Source: Hormiphora californensis (Eukaryota > Animalia > Ctenophora). Taken from it: 64,000 nucleotides of DNA. The stretch covers positions 8,308,001 through 8,372,000 of the forward strand of contig CM035352.1 of NCBI GenBank assembly GCA_020137815.1. The letters are read 5' to 3'. Position 1 is the first letter of the stretch; each line of letters begins with the position of its first letter. Of this stretch, positions 1-14,900 are shown piece by piece. The position numbers were made by a program, and so were the translations under genes. Under the pieces are notes generated by a model. It was not told where the DNA came from. It ran no database searches and saw only the letters and a program-made list of their open reading frames with translations.

Positions 1-166
1 ATCCTCGTCTACGTGCTGGTAGGGATAGATAGGGTGAGAGAGAAATTGTGGACTATAATAGGGTTGTGATTCCTTCTATCAGGGTACCACAAACTACAAG
101 GAAGCACTGAATTGTGAATGTACAATAGGATGGAAAGGACAGTTCCATGAACAAGTAGTGATATAA
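1..166 (+). other. possible 3' end of a spliced gene entering from the left
   Basis: GT at 19 and TCTATCAG ending at 82 would define a 64-nt intron; reading frame and identity cannot be determined. Confidence 0.25.
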
Positions 167-1112
167 TTGCTGTGTACTGTGTAGTGATATAATTGCTGTG
201 TGTAATTACTAATACGGCTACCGAATTACTCTAGATCACTGCACTGGCAAGCGCAAAGGTTGCCATTCCCCCTCCCCCCAAAAGCGCCGCCAGAAACGCA
301 GTTATACGTTTTATGGGTGTTTTGCCTGAAAATCCATATTTCAGAAGGCTATAGCGTGGCTCCCTTTCATCCGTTTGACTTGAAAATTGGAATGTATACC
401 CGGCTTGGAATCTTTGACTCAAGTATAAAATTTCAAGTCTCTATCTCATCTGGAACCGAAGTTACAGACAGGTCCCATTTGCCCTAGATTCAGTGTAACA
501 CATATGCACGCGCGTAGGAGAGACGCTTTTTATAAACCATATTCACGCCAAACAAAAAGAGATAGAAACTTCTCGTTTTTACAGCTGGTAGATCTACTGG
601 ATGTGTGTGCATTAGTCGATGTGAGGTCCCTTTTCATCACCAGGAACGTCCTACAGAACGTCTTAAAGTCGTCATTTTTCAGACTCTGACTAAAATTCTT
701 TGAGCTCATTTTACAGCCTGAAGACGGATTCTAATCGAAAGTCGAAGGCTATATCATGGAAAGAGAATTGTCTGAACTTTCAGAAACTATATTGCGAATT
801 TTCAAAACTAGACGTATAAGGGTCTTAAAACGCGTCTAAAGTGTTATGACTGTTTAAAAATAGATATGACGATATGGGTTTTCTCGCCATAGCAGACACA
901 AATCTTATCCAATCAATCTCAAACTTGGTCAGTATCTTCATCTAGGTAATCCCGATGATACGACGTCATCGTTATGACGTCATAACGTCGTGACGTCATT
1001 TTATGACGTCAAAATGACGTCAAAAATGAAAATTTTGCAATTTCGCGATTCCATCCTCTCCGTACCTGTTCTACTACATGTAAATGGATAAAAAATCCCA
1101 AAAATGATGCAA

Positions 1113-1318
1113 ATTATACCAAAACTAATTGAAATTAGTAGGCCGGAAAGGTTGCCCTATGATCTGAGCTACCTTTGGCACCAGTACATTCCCTTTTAAA
1201 GATAGAAGAAGCATCTGTTATACCCTGTCTGTACCCCGTGAATGTTACGGTGGCAAAGGTAGCTCAAATCATAGGGCAACCTTTCCGGCCTACTAATTTC
1301 AATTAGTTTTGGTATAAT
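1113..1318. repeat. inverted repeat with ~80-bp arms, probable MITE remnant
   Basis: attataccaaaactaattgaaattagtaggccggaaaggttgccctatga... is mirrored at ~1240-1318. Confidence 0.75.
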
Positions 1319-1815
1319 ATTACTATATATATATGTCTCCCTCTCTGCCTCTCTCTCTGTGTCTCTCTGTCCCTCTATCGCTGAGCTGTATCTCTGCTCT
1401 CTTTTTATACACACAACCCTCACAGACATACACCCTGACAGACAAACACCGTTACTATCACAACTTCCTGATTTCACCACTCTCAAGGCACAATGTACAG
1501 TGTCTGAGATTTGCTGAAATTTACCTATAATTGAGTTGCGACCTGATGCTGTTAATTGCCAACTGGCAACTTTGAGTCACGATGACCCCAGTGGCTTGTT
1601 TTCTAAAATTTGTGAGTGTCTGTGACTGTATGTGTGTAAGTGTCTGTGTGGTCGTGTGTGTGACCTATCTGTATTCTGTATGACATATCTGTGTGAGTGT
1701 GTGTGTGTGAGTGTGTGTGTATAACAATGTAACAAGCCGACTTCATGTGTTCCCAACAGAACACATGCCGTTACGTAAGATGCGAGCTGGTCATGTGAGC
1801 ACATAACAGGACAAT

Positions 1816-1891
1816 ATGTAACAACATCTTCATCAGCCTCAAATTAATTTCAACACAAGTTAATTTGAGGCTGATGAAGATGTTGTCACAT
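1816..1891. repeat. short near-perfect hairpin (~32-bp stem)
   Basis: acaacatcttcatcagcctcaaattaa / ttaatttgaggctgatgaagatgttgt. Confidence 0.8.
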
Positions 1892-2392
1892 CGAAACTAT
1901 TCTGAACAATAAAATCACCACGTTTTCCTTTGACCACCTCCAAGCCGGAAGGAGCAATATGTACATTGTACATTCACAACGAACCATATACATTTCCAAA
2001 TCTGGCAGTAATTCAATGTTTAGTGTTTGTGTGTAACACAATTAGCCCGCTAAATTTACCAACCTTCTGCTGAAACCACGAAAAGTATTATTACACACAC
2101 GCACACAGACTTGATAACGACACTGCCCACTGGACACATGGAATTATAGTAATTATAGAAAATGTAACAATTATTAAACAAACATTCAACCACAACAAAC
2201 ACACGTATTGCCACTAATCACTATGATGATATACCACATGTGTAACACCATGTTACAAATATTTATTAACAGGTAACAAAATTATATGATAAACAGCTAA
2301 ACATGATAAATTCGGTATAATATAACAGGTATAACTATGATATTATTCTGGCATGTACAATTATATAAAAACAATAATTATTCTCCAATTAC

Positions 2393-2563
2393 CTGTAGGA
2401 CAACTTCAACCTCGTATTTAGTGCCTTGACTGCGTTGTTCTCCTTTGAATATGCTGCCTGAATGGAGGAGGGAGGGTGCAACCCCTGGTTGTTTTGTCTT
2501 GATTTCCTTTTCTCTCCTGGTCGATCCTGACGACATCCTCCTCCTTTTCTCCGTTACTGGCAT
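2393..2563 (-). CDS. GID4: GID complex subunit 4 (Pro/N-degron recognin), first coding exon; later exons not recognised in the window
   Basis: [33 protein letters not shown] closely resembles the conserved GID4 segment [33 protein letters not shown]; ends at a CAG|GTAAT donor. Confidence 0.85.
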
Positions 2564-2754
2564 CAGCTATAATACTACAGGGTGTATTAGTACAACTGGC
2601 ATCAGCTATAATACTATGGTCTATTATGTAGTACAACTTATTGTAAACCTCGTGTGAAATATCTAACTAAACATATCTTACAGAAGAGAGAAAGTCTCTA
2701 GTACTGTCTTCGACCGAAAAGGGCCCGTCGCTCACTTTCTGTCACAATTCATAG

Positions 2755-2813
2755 TGTGTGATGTGAGCCACAGAGAGCAATATGGCTTGCTCTCTGCGGC
2801 TCACATCACGCAT
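2755..2813. repeat. hairpin upstream of GID4
   Basis: tgtgatgtgagccacagagagcaa / ttgctctctgcggctcacatcacg. Confidence 0.7.
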
Positions 2814-3235
2814 CGAGAATGCGACACTGAACGTAAGCCGAGAGAGGAAATGTGATTTACTTGGATGCCAAAAATCTCTCAAAGGGAGAGAGAAAGAGAT
2901 CACGGAACTCGGAAGCAATATTGAGGGATGTTATTCGACTTGTGACGACTGACGACGATTTTAGGGTAGTCGTCGGTGGACGGTGAACCAAGTTTGGGCC
3001 CTTTTCGTATTACAATAAGTCCATTTTTTTAAATTGTTGACAGGGTCGGTGAACGGCTGCCATAATTTTTACGTTTTTACGAAAACCATCATGAAGAGCC
3101 AGGGGGGCGATTATTATTATCATTAAATCTATATTGTATACATTGGCAAAATCAACATACACACACTCCTTTTTGTGAGCAAAATAGGATTATCATATAG
3201 ATTCTCGATTATATAGATGAGTAGATTAGCACTAT

Positions 3236-3392
3236 GTAAAGTCGGATTTTTTGAAGTTGTCACCCCAAAATGACCGCGCATGTGAAATTTATCAATTTTG
3301 ACGCGCACACCACACGTTAACATGTGATGTGACGCGCAAAAACATTCCGCGCACGAGAAGGGGGGTGACAACTTCAAAAAATCCGACTTTAC
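3236..3392. mobile_element. MITE, family with TIR gtaaagtcggattttttgaagttgtcacccc
   Basis: ~31-bp TIRs; related copies at 4263-4483 and 47351-47624. Confidence 0.8.
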
Positions 3393-4262
3393 TAGAACTA
3401 TATAGATAGCCTTATAAAATATAAAACGTATAAAATCCATATAATAATTTCCAAAATGTTAGTCCGATAATTGTTTTCTCCCTACTCCTCCTACAGTTTT
3501 TGAGCTAGACCCCTGAAAATTTGTACACTGGTACTTTGGACCAAGGCGGATGTAAGTACGGGCTCAGATTTTTGATCCGATCTTTACAGCAGTGACGTCA
3601 CGGGGTGACGTCATTGCGACAAAAAGACTTACATTTTTCAAACGCTTCTAAGACCCTGAAAACGGCTCTAAATCAAAAAACTAACGCAATAGTGGGGAAA
3701 GAGAATCGTTTGAACTTCATTTTACTTCATAGCGATTTCCCGTAACTCAATGTTTAAGGGTCGTAAATCGCGTCGGGAAAGTTAAAAATGCCAAAAATGC
3801 GATATTTTTCACCGTAGCCACCCAAAATCTTATCCAATCGATATGAAACTTGGTCGGTATGTGAATTTTAATGTCCTTTGGCCAGGGGTTCCCGGAAAAC
3901 GGATTGGCAAGATGAGAACTGACCGGAGTTCTTATAATTCTAAATTCATGAATTTGGAATTTTTCGTCGACTTTTTTTGGCGACATAAAACGCGAGGAAA
4001 TTTTCAATGAATTTTAAAATTTTACACTGCGCGCGTAATTCTAGGTTCCGCGCGCGGCGTAAAAAAGCAGCGCTTTTTTGGAAAAATTCGCGCGTTACAG
4101 TAAATGATTTACCAATTACCATTTACCAGGTCACGGGTTCCCAGCAAACGGGTACTCTAGTAGTGATTAAAGTTAATTAATTAAATTAAATTGAGATTAA
4201 AGTGATAAGATAAGAATAAATTAAAGTGTGATTAAAGTGATAAGAGAAGAATAAGTTAAAGA

Positions 4263-4483
4263 GTAAAGTCGGATTTTTTGAAACTGTCACCCCCCTGAAA
4301 TAACAAAATTAACATATCTCCGGTTCCTGATAAGATAGAAGCTTGAAATTTGGAGGTTTGGAAGAACTTAGCAAGATCTTTATAACTTCCAAATTTCAAG
4401 TCTCTATCTCATCAGGAACCGGACTTATGGTCATTTAAAGAAATTTGAAAACTCAGGGGGGGTGACAGTTTCAAAAAATCCGA
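4263..4483. mobile_element. palindromic MITE, same TIR family as 3236-3392
   Basis: tcggattttttgaaactgtcacccccc ... ggggggtgacagtttcaaaaaatccga, with an internal palindrome. Confidence 0.75.
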
Positions 4484-5968
4484 GATTAAAAATATTAACG
4501 CTTAAAAAAATAAATACTGAAGGAATGCTGTCTGGCGGCGCCAAACCCCAATTTGACAGTGCGCTCAGATGGGTCGCGGCGCCAGACAGAAGGAATGGGG
4601 GTGAAGCTAAGTCAAACGATGAGTGAGGAGTAAGGGTGAGAGATAGGATGATAAAACAGAGTGAGTGAGCTAATGCTAAACAAATGTGAGACTAGGTACA
4701 GCTAGAAAATTACATATCTAAAAAATAGAGAACTAAAAAATAGAGAACTAAAGACTAGTAAGCTAATGGGCGAACAGTTGAAAAAATGGAATTTAGTTAG
4801 TAATCTTTGTTAGATTATGCGAAGCTTCTTGACCTGAGAAGTTTACTTTTGGGAAATGCTTTCTCTACACACGATCTTTAGCATCCTACAGGCTACAAAA
4901 CATCTAAAGGTAGCAAACAAATTCAGTTGCCGAGGGAAAAAATGGCTTAAATTTATTTCTTTGAAAATGCACAAATGTAAATAAAACGTAAAACGAATTT
5001 TACTACTGCGCTGCGACTGTGCGCCGCGCAAAATTTGCGGCGCGCGGATCAAGCCAGTTTAAAGAAAGCCGGTTTGAAAAAAATTTAAAAAATTTAAAAA
5101 AATTAAAAGCTGAGATTTGAGAAGTGAGAATGGATTTGAAAAGCGCTGCCCTATCCCGCAGCGTTTGCCAAAGAACTTAGAACGGCTTGAAAAAAAGCTG
5201 GGTGTTTGCGGCTTTGCCGTTTGTATTGAAAAGCGCTGCCTTATGGCTTATGACTTATCTCGCGCTAGTCGCAACTCGCTAGCAGCGTTTGCCAGCAGTC
5301 AGGGTTAGGGCTAAAGTAAGGTTAGGGACAATAGGCCTCCAAACACCCATATCGTAACGGCGCCCTTTATGACTGGGGTTTATGAACTTAATGACTGTGC
5401 TGTGATTGGTTAAAACTGGTCACGTCGCACACGGTGAAGAACTGAACATTTCCGAGATTGCTCATAGCTATTGCTGGCTGTTGCTTGTAGTTTCTACTTT
5501 CTTTTAGAATAGAAGAACAGATATAATCGAGATGATCAGCTATGTACTATTTAAGAACTCGCTCAAGGTTCGTTTTATTGAGCGTATAGGTTGGTGGGTT
5601 AGGGACGACAGACCCTAAATTTAGATTTGGGTCGTAAATAATTTTGAAAGCATTGTGGTGTAAACGAGCATTGAACGCTTTGATTGGCTTGTTGATAACA
5701 GTTTATACAGCTTCAGATAAGCTACTGTGATATCAGATATATAAAGGCCACATGTTACGGGTTGGTATTACATGATATTAGTCTTCAATTCTGGTTCACA
5801 CTAATAATACGAAAATAGCCCTCAATTGTAATATCATAGTTGATAGTTGAAATACGAGATACGCGTAGGAAAAAACTTGCCACGAGAATACTTTCAATCT
5901 CACAGTAATATTTTCATTCTTGTTTTCATTTAAAAACATGTCATAGATATGCTAGATAGCCACTGTTT

Positions 5969-8900
5969 CTAAGATTGTTCGCTACCAACACTTGAGGTAC
6001 CATCAACGGTACGATCTATCCGAACTAGCTCTGTCACAGTTTTTGTTTGAGTGCGGGACATCCTACCATCGACATGGGAGGTGAAATTGGTTCTGCTGTT
6101 ATACGCATCAAACATCCGCTTCTTTGCCGCGTAAAACAGGTCACTGTTGTAGATTAGGGGATTTAGAACACTGTTAATGGGGGTCAGGAGGATGGAACAA
6201 AACTCGTAGAGGTCGGTAGCATCAATGAAGCTGTGGTAATGCAGCCACGAGATGATGATGAAGGGGACCCAAGTTGAGAAATCCGTTGCTACAATGAGGG
6301 TAACTTTCCTCTGGAGACGTCTCATGGATGCCCTCTTCTCCAGATTACCGTCCACACCACACTCTTTTGACGTTTTGTGGGTGTGATAGTAGATCAACCC
6401 GTAGCAAACTGCAATGATGATAAGAAACACCATATTCATGAAGAGGACGAGGACTGAAAAGAGGGACTGTGTGTCAGCATGTCGGACAAAATACTTGAAT
6501 AGACACACACCATGGTTACCATAGAATCCCATACTCTTAACCTCTTGCTTGAAAGTAGATTCCAGTAAGCCCCGCCAAAACACAAACTGTGTTATTAAAT
6601 GCAGTATCATTTTTATCAGTAGTAGATGCCCTCAAACAATGCCTTCAACCCCTCCTTATTGGTAGTTGTCCGTAATCACGGCGTTGTCCTCTATGTAGAG
6701 TACCGTTAACAAAATAGTCCTCAAACTGCTGACTGAAACATGGGAATCGTAGCAACCTAGCAGGGAGAAGGAGATCAAGCCCAGGGCCATGAAACCCAGA
6801 CCTATTCTCATGTTCTTCGTGACCTCGGTAAAGGCCAACATGGTCTTCAGCGAAATCAGTCGGAATACCGCCAACAGAGTCATAGATTGAAGGGAAAGCT
6901 GGCTGCCAAATGTAGAGATGCACGCCTATAAAGGAGCATGTGGAGCTGCATAACCAGTTTTGCCTTTCTTTACAATATTTCTCCTTATAGGATTGGTCGT
7001 AAATTACCACCAGTAACATGTATATCCCGACAGCGAAGTCACCCACAGACACCAACGCCACTAAAATGTCATTGGAAAGCCTGCTTAGTGACATGTTCTT
7101 GTTGACTGAGTGGAAAAAGTGTCCGATTGAAATAGAGGATAGAAGTAGAGAGAAGAAGGCAATTAAGGAAGCGATGTATCTGTAAGCAGGGGTTTCAATG
7201 AGCCGGAATGTAATTTTGTCCCTACACTGCTCACCACACTCGTCGTTCTTGCTAGTACAATCAAATCGCCCGTCACAAATGGCAGTTTTTCGGGCCATAT
7301 CAGTGATATCACTACACGTCTGGTCGTCATCACAGCAGAAGTAGTTATTACAGTTGTTTTCATCTTCAGAGTTTTGACAGTCTTCTATATAGTCGCACAC
7401 CTTTGTTGAACTCACTGCATAAGTCTCATTTTCGCCGTTACACGAGAAAACCGTTTGAAAGTTATCCCCTGATTCGTTGTACAAAAGGTATGACATACCT
7501 TTGCTGTCAGTTGAGGATGCCCACACTATTTCATAATCATCCGTGTAACCTTCAAGAGCAGTCCCGTTAAAAAACGGAGTCAGACGTAGCTTGTCCAGTC
7601 CTTCACATAGGTCCTTGTTTACTGCTATTATCAGTGCAGTCCCAGAGAGGGTTGAGCAACTATCATTCTCCTTTTTAACGAGGTGCAGACGGTGTATGAC
7701 ACCTCCGAACATTTCCATCTCCACTACAGAACAGTTGACGTGCTGCAAACCGGGAAGACAAGGTGGAACGAAGTAGTCGTTAGACTTGGAAAGAATCCCA
7801 GCGAGTGGCTCATTGTTTGTTGAACAAATAGATTCCTCCGCCCGGTTTGAAGAGTCAGATCCCACTGGGCAATCAACATGCCCATCACAAAGATGTGATT
7901 TAGGAATATAATATTCCTTCTTCTCTGTACCAGTAACGTTTGGACAGCGGATAAACCCATCTAATAATGTCTCATCTGTGGGGTTGTCCCGTTCTAACCG
8001 TGCGTAGTTTATTATTGTGCCATTCCGGTAATCAAGGCACGATTCATCCTCCCCACTGTCGCAGTGCACGATTCCGTCACACAAATACCTATCGTCAATA
8101 GTGACCATCACATCATCAACCTTACACTTCAACTCTTTATCACCGTGTGTGGGACAGTCCAGAAATGTTCTCCAGGCTTCGTCACAATAGACGTTTTCAC
8201 CATAGTTGAATTCGTCACACCTTTGAAACTCGTATACCGTTTTGCTGAAATTATTTTTTTTTAACTTTTCCAATTATCATAGTGAAATTTTAAAGAATAA
8301 ACGTTTGTAGATAGAAAATAATATTTTTGTATGAAGGTTGTTGGTGCATGTCTCCTCACTTACGTTTTTCCTTTTAAAGTGCACGTGCTGGTTGCAACAG
8401 ATGAGTCGTTACACAGACTGTCGGGTATTGTGTAGTCGTCCACGTCAGGACAGAGGGATTGAGCTTGACAGTAGTAATACGGTGGTAGCCACCTTGTATA
8501 GTTACCGCTGAAATTGTTTTGAGATTTAATTGTGCTGCAAAGCTCCTTGATCTTTCTCTTACTGTCACTACACGATCAAGACGCTAACGATTGCAATAAC
8601 CCACGTTGTAAGCGATCCACTGCATTCGTCAACCATATTCCGGTCGGCAAGAAAAGCAGGTGTCTCATGGCAGCCATACTCATCCTCGAGATAGTACAAA
8701 TTCATAGTTCCATTCATCTTTTTGATAGATACTTCAGTGTAAGAGTCAGTGCAATCTACCTCCCGGTTACAAGTTGAACTTTCGTCCACTTCACGTCCTG
8801 CGTCGTCTTGACAGGTAAACCCTTGTTCGGTGAGTGTGCTGGAACTGCAACCACTTTCGTCCTCACACCCCCCACAGGTGCACTGAAATTATTAAATTGC

Positions 8901-11900
8901 GTCAGAGAAAGAATCAGGACTGTCAGGACCTTCAAATCTCAAACAAGAATGGAAACGACACTGTTAGACGACAGACGTCACTAACAATAATAATTGTTAG
9001 TGAAAACACAAAAAATAAGTATGTTCTGTTCTTACCACGCCATCGCACATCAGATCTGACCACACGGCAATACGCGTACCATATTGGTCAACACAGATTA
9101 CTGTATCAAGTTTATTGACTCCCAGGGTCGTATTCTGTATCTAAAGGATTGTGGGGATAAGATTTGATAAGACATCCTTTAGATTAACGGATTTTGGATA
9201 GTCAATCAAGTTGTGACGGTATTAATTACTAAAGTCTGATTTTTTAAAAGTTGTCGCCTTCAAAAATCTGACTATACCATACTCACAGTGTTTATAAGGG
9301 GGCACCCACAGGCTTGATAGTTATATGGGTCATCAGGACACTTGTTATCAAACACGCACAACCCTGCGTTAGTTGAGGAGAGTCTGTAGGTATGCTCCCC
9401 AGAGGGACACAAATAAACCTGGTCTAAATTCTTCTCAAACACGCACGTAGTTGTGTTTGTCACCAGTAGACCAGTGCTGCTCAAGGTGTTTCGGGTTTCC
9501 ACTCCTGAACTTATTGCTGAAAAAATCATGTGGTTACCAAGTCACCCATTTGTAAAGCTAACCTCTGTGAGCTCACGCCCACTGGAGCGCTCGCGCAGAG
9601 GTTTAATATCATAACCAAGTTATAACTTGACTTTCAAAGTTGGATTGTCATACTTAGCTGTTTGATATCGATCTCATTTGAATAAATTATCTCTTTATCG
9701 TTCCCTCTTCTTCCCTCGACCACCAAAGTTAGATTTCCTGTTTCTGTTTTCCCGATTTCGTTCCACTCCATCGTGGTTGAGTTTGTCATTGCTGAAAGAT
9801 CACATGTTAATGAGGGCCAACCAATCAGCCATAGAAAGACACAAATAGTAATTAACAGCAGGCTGCAGGGGACACCCTTTAATACCACGCGACAGTCACC
9901 AATCACACACGGATCTTCATTTTCTCTAGAATTTTCTCTAGAACCAAGAACTTACCTGTATCTGATTTACAGCTAGGAACAGAGCAATACTCCCACTCCT
10001 TTTCACCGACATAGCACCATGCTCTGTCCTTCCCCCATGGTCCCTTTATAGCTGAGTTTCGACAGTAGTTGCTGTGACCCGGATAGAATGGTGAACCACT
10101 CTTCCATTTTTCACACTGTCTCCCATTTTCTGTCACACTGATAACTCCTTCATAGTCGTCTTGTTTCGCGTTCTCCGCACAAACTAGACGGATATTATGT
10201 GCTATGCTTTATAATTTGGATAAAGTACCGGATTATAATTTAAATAATACCAGATTTTCGCTAGGAATTCTGCATCCCATCAAAAGGCCTGCACTGAGAT
10301 GTGCAGTGTGCCAATCCTGATTGGATGACCAGGGATGTCTGTTCCTACAAAAAGAAACGACACATAACTCCTATATTAACTAAAAACATCAATTTTGTTG
10401 GTTGATAGATTGACAACGGTTGTCAGCTGAGTATTTCTTACCGTAAGAGAAGTCGTTGCATAAGCTGGTTATATCACACTTTCCGTCACTGAAACTGGTG
10501 GCGCTAAACATGAAGCTACCATTTGCATTACGGGCGGTAAATGTCACGGGACAAACAGGACTTGAGCCGTACTGAGGAACCCTGCAATAGCTGAAAGAAA
10601 AATATGTAATAATATAATGTTTTAATATAAACTGCCTAGTCAGGACAGGGCCAGAATAACAGACAAGCTGACTATAAGACTTTCCTACGTCAGAGGATCC
10701 ATTATTCAACAAATGGATTTACTATGGATTTATTATGGATTTACTATGGATTTACTATGGATTTATTATGGATTTACTATGGATTTATTATGGATTTACT
10801 ATGGATTTATTATGGATTTATTATGGATTTATTATGAATTTATTATGAATTTATTATGGATTTATTACGGATTTATTATGGATTTATTATGGATTTATTA
10901 TTCCATTGGAATAATAAACCCTACAACATCATACTTTGCTCCGACATCATCGATAAATCCCCAGCTACTACTTTTAGCTCTTTCTGCCTCATCAGTATTC
11001 CAGTTTGAGCATTCGATGCCGGATGAAGTGTTATCAGCGGTTCCACGGTAGTAAAACGCTTTTGTCTTGCTACATTCCAGATCTGAACAATTACTTTTTA
11101 CATGTGTGTCTTATAAGACACACATGTGTCTTGTAATTAATGTTCAAACGCAAACTGTGTCTTGTTTTGTTCAAACCCGGGACGTGGTGAAACAGGATTG
11201 AGAAAGTCATCCCATGTCACGCATACACCTTGGGGCAGTTCACTTACTTGCTACCCCTGGCTTTTCACAACTAGGAACGTTGCAGAAGTTCCATCCGCTT
11301 GCCGTGACACACCATGCATAGTCATCCGAATCAGGGTTCCTACAAAAGTTGTGATCCGCCAAACCGTTGTTTTTGCCTGTCGAGCTAAAAGAAATATGTC
11401 GAGTATCACATTATAAGTTGTGTTTAGCACTAAGTAGTGATATTTTTTTTTGGATCGTCCCCGTGCTAACATTTGTCACTCCCTGTTACACACCATGTAT
11501 CCTGGCCATGTATGTGCCACGGTTTGACAGATGTATTACAGTAACATAGATAATAAAGTCGAATTTAGGCTTGCCGCCTGAGGTGCCTAGTGTCTTCTCT
11601 TACCTATCCCAATAGCTTGATCTCCAATTTGTACAAGGCGTTCCATCGACTGTCACGTTTATGGTTCCTCTATAATCTAACTGTTTTCCGCTCCAGCATG
11701 CTGTATGAAAATTTGGGTAACTTAAGATCTTTAATTAGGTAAAACCATTATAGGGTCAAACAGGGGTCCGGACTTGGCCAAATACGAAGAGTTTACTGTG
11801 TAATATCTTCCTAATATAAATATGGTTAGGGCTATCGTTCGTGTTAGGGTTTGGGCCACATTTTCGAGCTTTCGAACCGATATAAGTTATCGTCCGTTCG

Positions 11901-14900
11901 ACATTCAGTCCTAGACCCGTCAAACAGTTTTATTCGAAACTACTACCAGGTGGTAGGTGCTCACAATAGTTTTCTACTAGGTTTACTTAGTAACGTACAG
12001 CAGCGGTTGGAAGAAAAGCATCGTTCTCTTTGAGTGTCTGAAGTCCAGCACCAGGGTACATCAAATATGAATCCTGGGTTTCTACAGTTGCCATGGTCAC
12101 CAACCCCGTAGAATTCCTGATATCTAAAAGCGAATAACACATATCAATGAATAACACAATCAATGCATCTTTCAGCTAGATGGTGCTACAAATTATTATT
12201 TGAGAGATAAACAGCAGTGTTTTATAATTGATAGCATGCAGCTACAGCTTCGTTACATACTCTGTGTAGTTCAAATTATCTTCCCAGTCTACATCATCCC
12301 AATTCAGACAGGGTCTTCCACTAAGAGTTTCACTCTTGTTTCCCCTGTAGCTTTGTCCCCATCCCACATCTGAGCATTCTCTTTCTAAGGGAAAAACAAT
12401 GTTTAGCGTACTGAAACTATCGCTATTTTAGATGATGTGTGGATGATGTTATTTACCTTTGATTGTTTCGTTGTCTTTGGTCAGTTTCATAGCCAAACTG
12501 TCGTATTGGTCTTCAAAAATCTCTGCAAACTCTTCAGCCGTCAAAGTGAACTTGCTTTCAAAGCCGGAATTTGCGTCAGACTCAAAACTTACTGCATAGT
12601 TCCCCGATTCTTTGCCGCCTTTTTTAATCCCTTTATCATTGGATTGTTTTCCTAAATTTATGAATGTAATCAAGATTTTGGTGACGCAGTCACCCTTACA
12701 ACTCCCATGGGTGAAAACAACTCGTGACGAGTGATGTGACTGCGCCACCAAATCAAGATTATGATTTCAAAAGTTTTAATGCAACTGAGATCAAGAGCTT
12801 ACCGTAAATTTTGATTTCACAGATAGAGATTCGGTCTGCCTTAAAGTTCATATGATTTCCAACTTGACCATCACAAGACTTTTTGATAATGTCAGTAGTT
12901 GCCTCTTCCGCACTAACGGTACCGCATAACACGTGATTATGATTATCCTTGTCCTTATATCCCAGAGTTATCTGATTTGGGAAATAAGTTGTTGAATGTA
13001 TTGCCAAGATTTTGATCCCGTTTCAAGATTATCCGCCTTACATTTAGTCCTTCAAGGTACTTTTCCTCGTAGGCACTGCAGTATTCGGACTGGTAGATAA
13101 AGATCTCGTAAACCTGATAAGCCTGGAAACATTTAATGGTCATTTGGGGCAACTAAAGGGGCTATTGGTTTAAAGTGAGAATAGACTGACAAGATTGTTG
13201 GAGGTAGTAGAGCGAAGCAGCCGAGAGATTCTGTCTTTTTCCCGCTCTCAAAAGATCCCTTTTTACCTCAGTTAGGTGAATGAAGATGAAATTATTATTT
13301 CCTGTTCTCTCCAGTGAGCATGTTGTCAGATCGTTATCTACCACGTACACTGCTTTCGTTGATGCCGATTGTTTTGAGGAGTAAACAGGTCGATTTAGGG
13401 AGATCAGAGAGGTGCCTAACAGGAATTATTAGAATAAGTAACTTAGTATTTGAGAATCTAGCTAGATTCTTGAAGAAAAACATCAAAGGACAAAGCATGT
13501 CAGAACAATTATCGATGGACATGACATACCGTTTGTTGTTGTTAAATTTTGTGCAGTCTGCTTAGCATCACACTGGGGCCACGCTGAAAGATTAAAATTC
13601 CAGTAAATTGAGGTTTGATAAAATTTGTAATAACATTTTTCGGTAATTTTCAACGTACTATAATCTGCGAAAGCAGGTGATTTCGGTTGCATAACCTCGT
13701 AGGTACTAATGATCTCTGTCCAAGAGGTATCAGGTAGTGTGAACTCTTTTTCTGCGCCATCACACGTAACCGCCATTGTCTTTAGTTTAAATTGAACTTT
13801 CAGACTAAGATGATCATCGTAGTCACAAAACTCCGTTGCACTTGAATTCAAGTAATTCATGGTGTAACTTTGATAGCTGTCCTGCTGTCTGTAATCTTTT
13901 TCCGAAATTGGAGGTGCAACTATTTTGAATCGTTCTGAAACATGAGGATGTCTTTGATATTTCAGATAATATGAAAAGCGGGATAATTGAAAAGGTTAGG
14001 CACAAGCTAGGCAAGGTGAATCTGCAAATGAATAGATAAGTTCAGTAAGCAGCTAGAATGGCTATCCCTTACCATTTGACGTGTCAATAAGAAGAACTAA
14101 AACAAAATATATTTTTTCGTAGGTTCTCCCTTTCTTCACTTTCACATACGTTACTGATATCGGATACATCTTAGCCTGGGAACCTGAATATAGCGTCAGT
14201 TCATTAACATTTAACAATGTCAGAGCAATTGTGAAACCATCATTATCGACAATATTTCTCTAACCATCAATTTCGACTTCGAAGTTGGTTGAAAATGAGA
14301 AATCTGGCCAAGCAACATATGAGATATTAAGCATGCTCTCCGTCAATGCCACATCGCTTCTTCCGCCTTTATCTTCCGTTCTCGTTCTCTTAGACATCCA
14401 ATCTGGGCACAAAATTTAAAATATTGAAGCCTTAAATTATCTCAATGAAGTCAACATCGACATTACCACTTTCTTTCCCAATTGAAAAATGGAAATTACC
14501 TAGGTTGTAGGTTCCTGTCATTGCAGCCAAATCCACAGTCATCATATTATTTATTGAAATTCCATAACTCGATAAAGGAATGGATAGGAGCAGTTGATCG
14601 TCGCATAGCAACCAGAATTGGTCCTCTGGTAGTCGTCTAAAAATTCTCCAAGAAGATGCTTTCCCAAAAGTGCATTCTGTATTGTGCTCTGTCTCGTTGA
14701 ATGACGATTTTTGAATTTCGTTTTTCAAGTCTTTAACTTCCCTAAGATGATTCCCATTACTGTCCGCCTGCTCAGACCAGGTTATCCGGAGAGATAATGT
14801 CCCTAGGGTAGGCTTGATGGTGTAGGTTTGGTTGTTTGTACCATTACTGGATGTTGTATTGGTTACAGTAAATGTAAGTACTGTGGTGGTTGGTAGCCAG

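Noticed and set aside
1196-1804. Possible small minus-strand exons downstream of GID4 exon 1
   Set aside because: Translations do not match the expected GID4 continuation (HVD..SYLCGYL) and no coherent gene model could be built
5300-5328. TTAGGG-like motifs
   Set aside because: Only two or three degenerate units; not a telomeric array
10713-11051. MDLLWIYYGF repeat ORF
   Set aside because: Translation of an intronic 11-bp minisatellite
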